The notes under the pieces were generated by a model. That model had not been told where the DNA came from. It did no database searches and was given only the letters and a program-made list of their open reading frames with translations. From an uncultured Lachnospiraceae bacterium (GTDB lineage Bacteria; Bacillota; Clostridia; Lachnospirales; Lachnospiraceae): 64,000 bases of DNA. Numbering within the stretch: the stretch's first letter is position 1; each line of letters opens with the position of its first letter. Positions 61,687 to 64,000 of the stretch are shown in pieces. Made by a program: the position numbers and the translations under genes. Location: contig CALYZQ010000002.1 of assembly GCA_945609985.1 (NCBI GenBank), forward strand, positions 7,657 through 71,656, read 5' to 3'.

Positions 61687-62787
61687 TTATTTTTCGGAAT
61701 AGTCTATAAAACTGATACTTAAGTCTGCGTATCCCGCAACTCCATCCACTATGGCATTACCATAATGCCACATGGAAAACTTGTATGGATAGTCCGGCAC
61801 ATCTGCAATCTGGGACAGCCAGATATCATATGCTGTTAGCTTTGACATATCTATCTGCTTAATCAGCCATTCTTTGTCTCCAAAAATTGTGGCATTATAT
61901 CCTGCATCCTTGATAGTATCCAAAAAGGCTTTCGCAATGGTGGTTCTTTCAGCTTTTGACAACGCATCAATTCTTGCAGAATCATTGTCTACGCTTTCCA
62001 TATAGAAGGCAACCGGAAATGTCACATCATATTCGCTGATATTTTGAAGTACCATATTGGCTTCCTCAACAGCCTCTTCCTTGGTAATCGCCTGCGAGAA
62101 GAAATATACTCCCACTTCCAGTCCGGCATCATTGGCACGTTTGATATTATCCAAAAAATAATCATCCAGCACGATTTGTCCGGAGCTGTAGCCTCTGAAA
62201 CCAACACGTAGCATTACATAATCAATACCGGCTTTTTTGAGCTTTACAAAATCTACATAGTCCTGAAACTTAGAAATATTCACTCCTACAAAGGACACCT
62301 GTTTGCCGTCCACATAATATTTCATCAGATTGGATTGGCAGACCAGCTTGGTAAAATCGTATTCATGCTTAGGCAAGTATGGACTTATCAAAACCCACTC
62401 CTCCTTGCCGTCCGCATATTTCACTAAAGTATGCTTTCCATCCGTGGACGGGTCATTTTCGGGAACCGGCTCCTCCTCTGTCTCCGGAGGTGGTGTCGCC
62501 TCTTCGGTCTTCTCGGGATATTTATCCCAGAAATCCAAATCATCCGGTGTAAGTTTACTACCTGAAAGTAAATCCTCTGTATCCGGATATTTCTGTTCAT
62601 TCGAGACAGATTCCTGCGTCGGCACAGACGCTTCAACATTCTGTTTCTTGGGCGTATGATTATCCTGCCTGTTCACTAAAAGCACAATAACCAGTATTGC
62701 CGCCACAAATAAAGTGACGATTAAAATAGACGAAACAACTGTCGGCGTCAGCTTTTGACGGTCATCGTAATCATCCGGTAAACGCAT
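61687..62787 (-). CDS. Membrane-anchored GH25 lysozyme-family protein
   Basis: GVNISKFQ, VMLRVGFRGY, VGVYFFSQA, EAVEEA, WLSQ; N-terminal TM and linker. Confidence 0.85.
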   Translation of the reverse strand: MRLPDDYDDRQKLTPTVVSSILIVTLFVAAILVIVLLVNRQDNHTPKKQNVEASVPTQESVSNEQKYPDTEDLLSGSKLTPDDLDFWDKYPEKTEEATPPPETEEEPVPENDPSTDGKHTLVKYADGKEEWVLISPYLPKHEYDFTKLVCQSNLMKYYVDGKQVSFVGVNISKFQDYVDFVKLKKAGIDYVMLRVGFRGYSSGQIVLDDYFLDNIKRANDAGLEVGVYFFSQAITKEEAVEEANMVLQNISEYDVTFPVAFYMESVDNDSARIDALSKAERTTIAKAFLDTIKDAGYNATIFGDKEWLIKQIDMSKLTAYDIWLSQIADVPDYPYKFSMWHYGNAIVDGVAGYADLSISFIDYSEK

Positions 62788-62823
62788 AATCCACCTCCTT
62801 ACTTTTGTATCTTCATTATCTTA

Positions 62824-63621
62824 TCAGAGCTTCACAATCGCCTTTTTCGGGCACTTCTGTTCGCAAAGTCCGCATCCCACACATTTTTCATGGTCAATGA
62901 TAGCGTGGAAATTCTCTACCTTGATGGCTTCCTTGGGACAGGCCTTCACACAAATACCGCAGCCGATACACCCCACGGAACAAGCCTTCATGGTAATGGG
63001 GCCCTTGTCTGTAGAGCTACATGCCACAACCTGCTTTGCCTCATAGGGTATCAGGGAAATCAAATGCTTGGGGCACACATCAATACATTTACCGCAAGCT
63101 TTACATTTCTCCTTGTCAACCACAGCCACACCGTTTTCTACTTTTATGGCATCAAAGGGACATACCTGTGCACAGGTACCAAATCCCAGGCAACCGCTGT
63201 TACAGGATTTAGGGCCGCCGTTTGGCACAAAGCTTAACATGCGGCAATCCTTTACGCCATAATAATCATAATCCTGATTTGCTTTGTCGCAATCGCCCTT
63301 GCAGTGTACATAAGCCACCTTCTTTACACTGCTTCCGGCACTGACACCCATAATTTCAGCGATTTTCTTACCAACTGCATCACCGCCTACAGGGCAGGCA
63401 TTTACCTCTGCCTCTCCTTTGGCAATAGCAGCCGCAAGACCGGCACATCCTGCAAATCCGCATCCGCCACAGTTATTGCCCGGAAGTACGGAAAGGACAG
63501 CCTCTTCCTTTTCATCCACTTCAACCCTAAACTTAATACCTGCAACACCGAGGAAAAGACCGATAAAGATACCAACGATTCCCACCACAGCCGCAGCTGT
63601 AAGAATTCCAGTCATACTCAT
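62824..63621 (-). CDS. rnfB: Rnf electron transport complex subunit B
   Basis: LPGNNCGGCGFAGC, CPVGG, multiple CxxCxxCxxxCP. Confidence 0.93.
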   Translation of the reverse strand: MSMTGILTAAAVVGIVGIFIGLFLGVAGIKFRVEVDEKEEAVLSVLPGNNCGGCGFAGCAGLAAAIAKGEAEVNACPVGGDAVGKKIAEIMGVSAGSSVKKVAYVHCKGDCDKANQDYDYYGVKDCRMLSFVPNGGPKSCNSGCLGFGTCAQVCPFDAIKVENGVAVVDKEKCKACGKCIDVCPKHLISLIPYEAKQVVACSSTDKGPITMKACSVGCIGCGICVKACPKEAIKVENFHAIIDHEKCVGCGLCEQKCPKKAIVKL

Positions 63622-63633
63622 ATCTCTTCCTCC

Positions 63634-64000
63634 TTATAACAAGCCCGAAAATCCGCAGATGGCAATTGCCATAAGTCCTGCTGTCACAAGCACTATCGGC
63701 ATGCCCTTAAAGGATTCCGGCACGTCATTGTATTCCATCTTTTCGCGGATACCTGCAAGTATCACGATTGCAATGGTAAATCCCAAAGCTGTTGCAAAAC
63801 CATTCACAACACCGGTAAGAATATCGTACTCCTTCTGTACATTGGAAAGTGCCACACCAAGTACTGCACAGTTGGTCGTAATGAGCGGCAGATATACTCC
63901 AAGCGCTTCATAAAGCGATGGCATTGCTTTACGCAAAAACATCTCCACAAACTGTACCAGTGCCGCAATCACCAGAATAAAGACAATGGTCTGCAAATAT
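63634..64000 (-). CDS. rnfA: Rnf electron transport complex subunit A (3' part)
   Basis: FILVIAALVQFVE, LPLITTNCAVLG, AGIRE, GLMAIA; upstream of rnfB; truncated by window edge. Confidence 0.93.
   Translation of the reverse strand, partial: YLQTIVFILVIAALVQFVEMFLRKAMPSLYEALGVYLPLITTNCAVLGVALSNVQKEYDILTGVVNGFATALGFTIAIVILAGIREKMEYNDVPESFKGMPIVLVTAGLMAIAICGFSGLL

Noticed and set aside
1-64000. CRISPR array, tRNA or rRNA genes
   Set aside because: No regularly spaced repeats or recognisable tRNA/rRNA sequence found by eye.

Overview
Chromosomal window from a low-GC Clostridia bacterium; gene content and order look Lachnospiraceae-like (inference). 1-36.4 kb and 60-64 kb are mostly housekeeping: EF-G paralogue, tyrA, queA, aminopeptidases, T-box-pheST, 6S RNA, porCDAB, pckA, deoC and rnfAB. 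This part also holds three MBOAT O-acyltransferase loci and c-di-GMP genes. 36.5-60.06 kb, between deoC and thrC, is an integrase-free, diverged tandem duplication with two thrC copies 11,854 bp apart. It carries a repeated module that I do not recognise as a described system. A small secreted Cys/His-rich protein is followed by a ~750-aa putative beta-propeller plus solute-binding-protein (SBP) lipoprotein, with further orphan SBP lipoproteins and no ABC permease or ATPase. A divergent operon encodes a membrane-anchored Xre regulator and a small secreted protein. All three Cys/His genes share a sigma-A-like promoter and a palindromic operator at identical spacing. Several genes carry a single in-frame stop or frameshift, which may be decay or consensus error. 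All alignments were done by eye and no database was searched.
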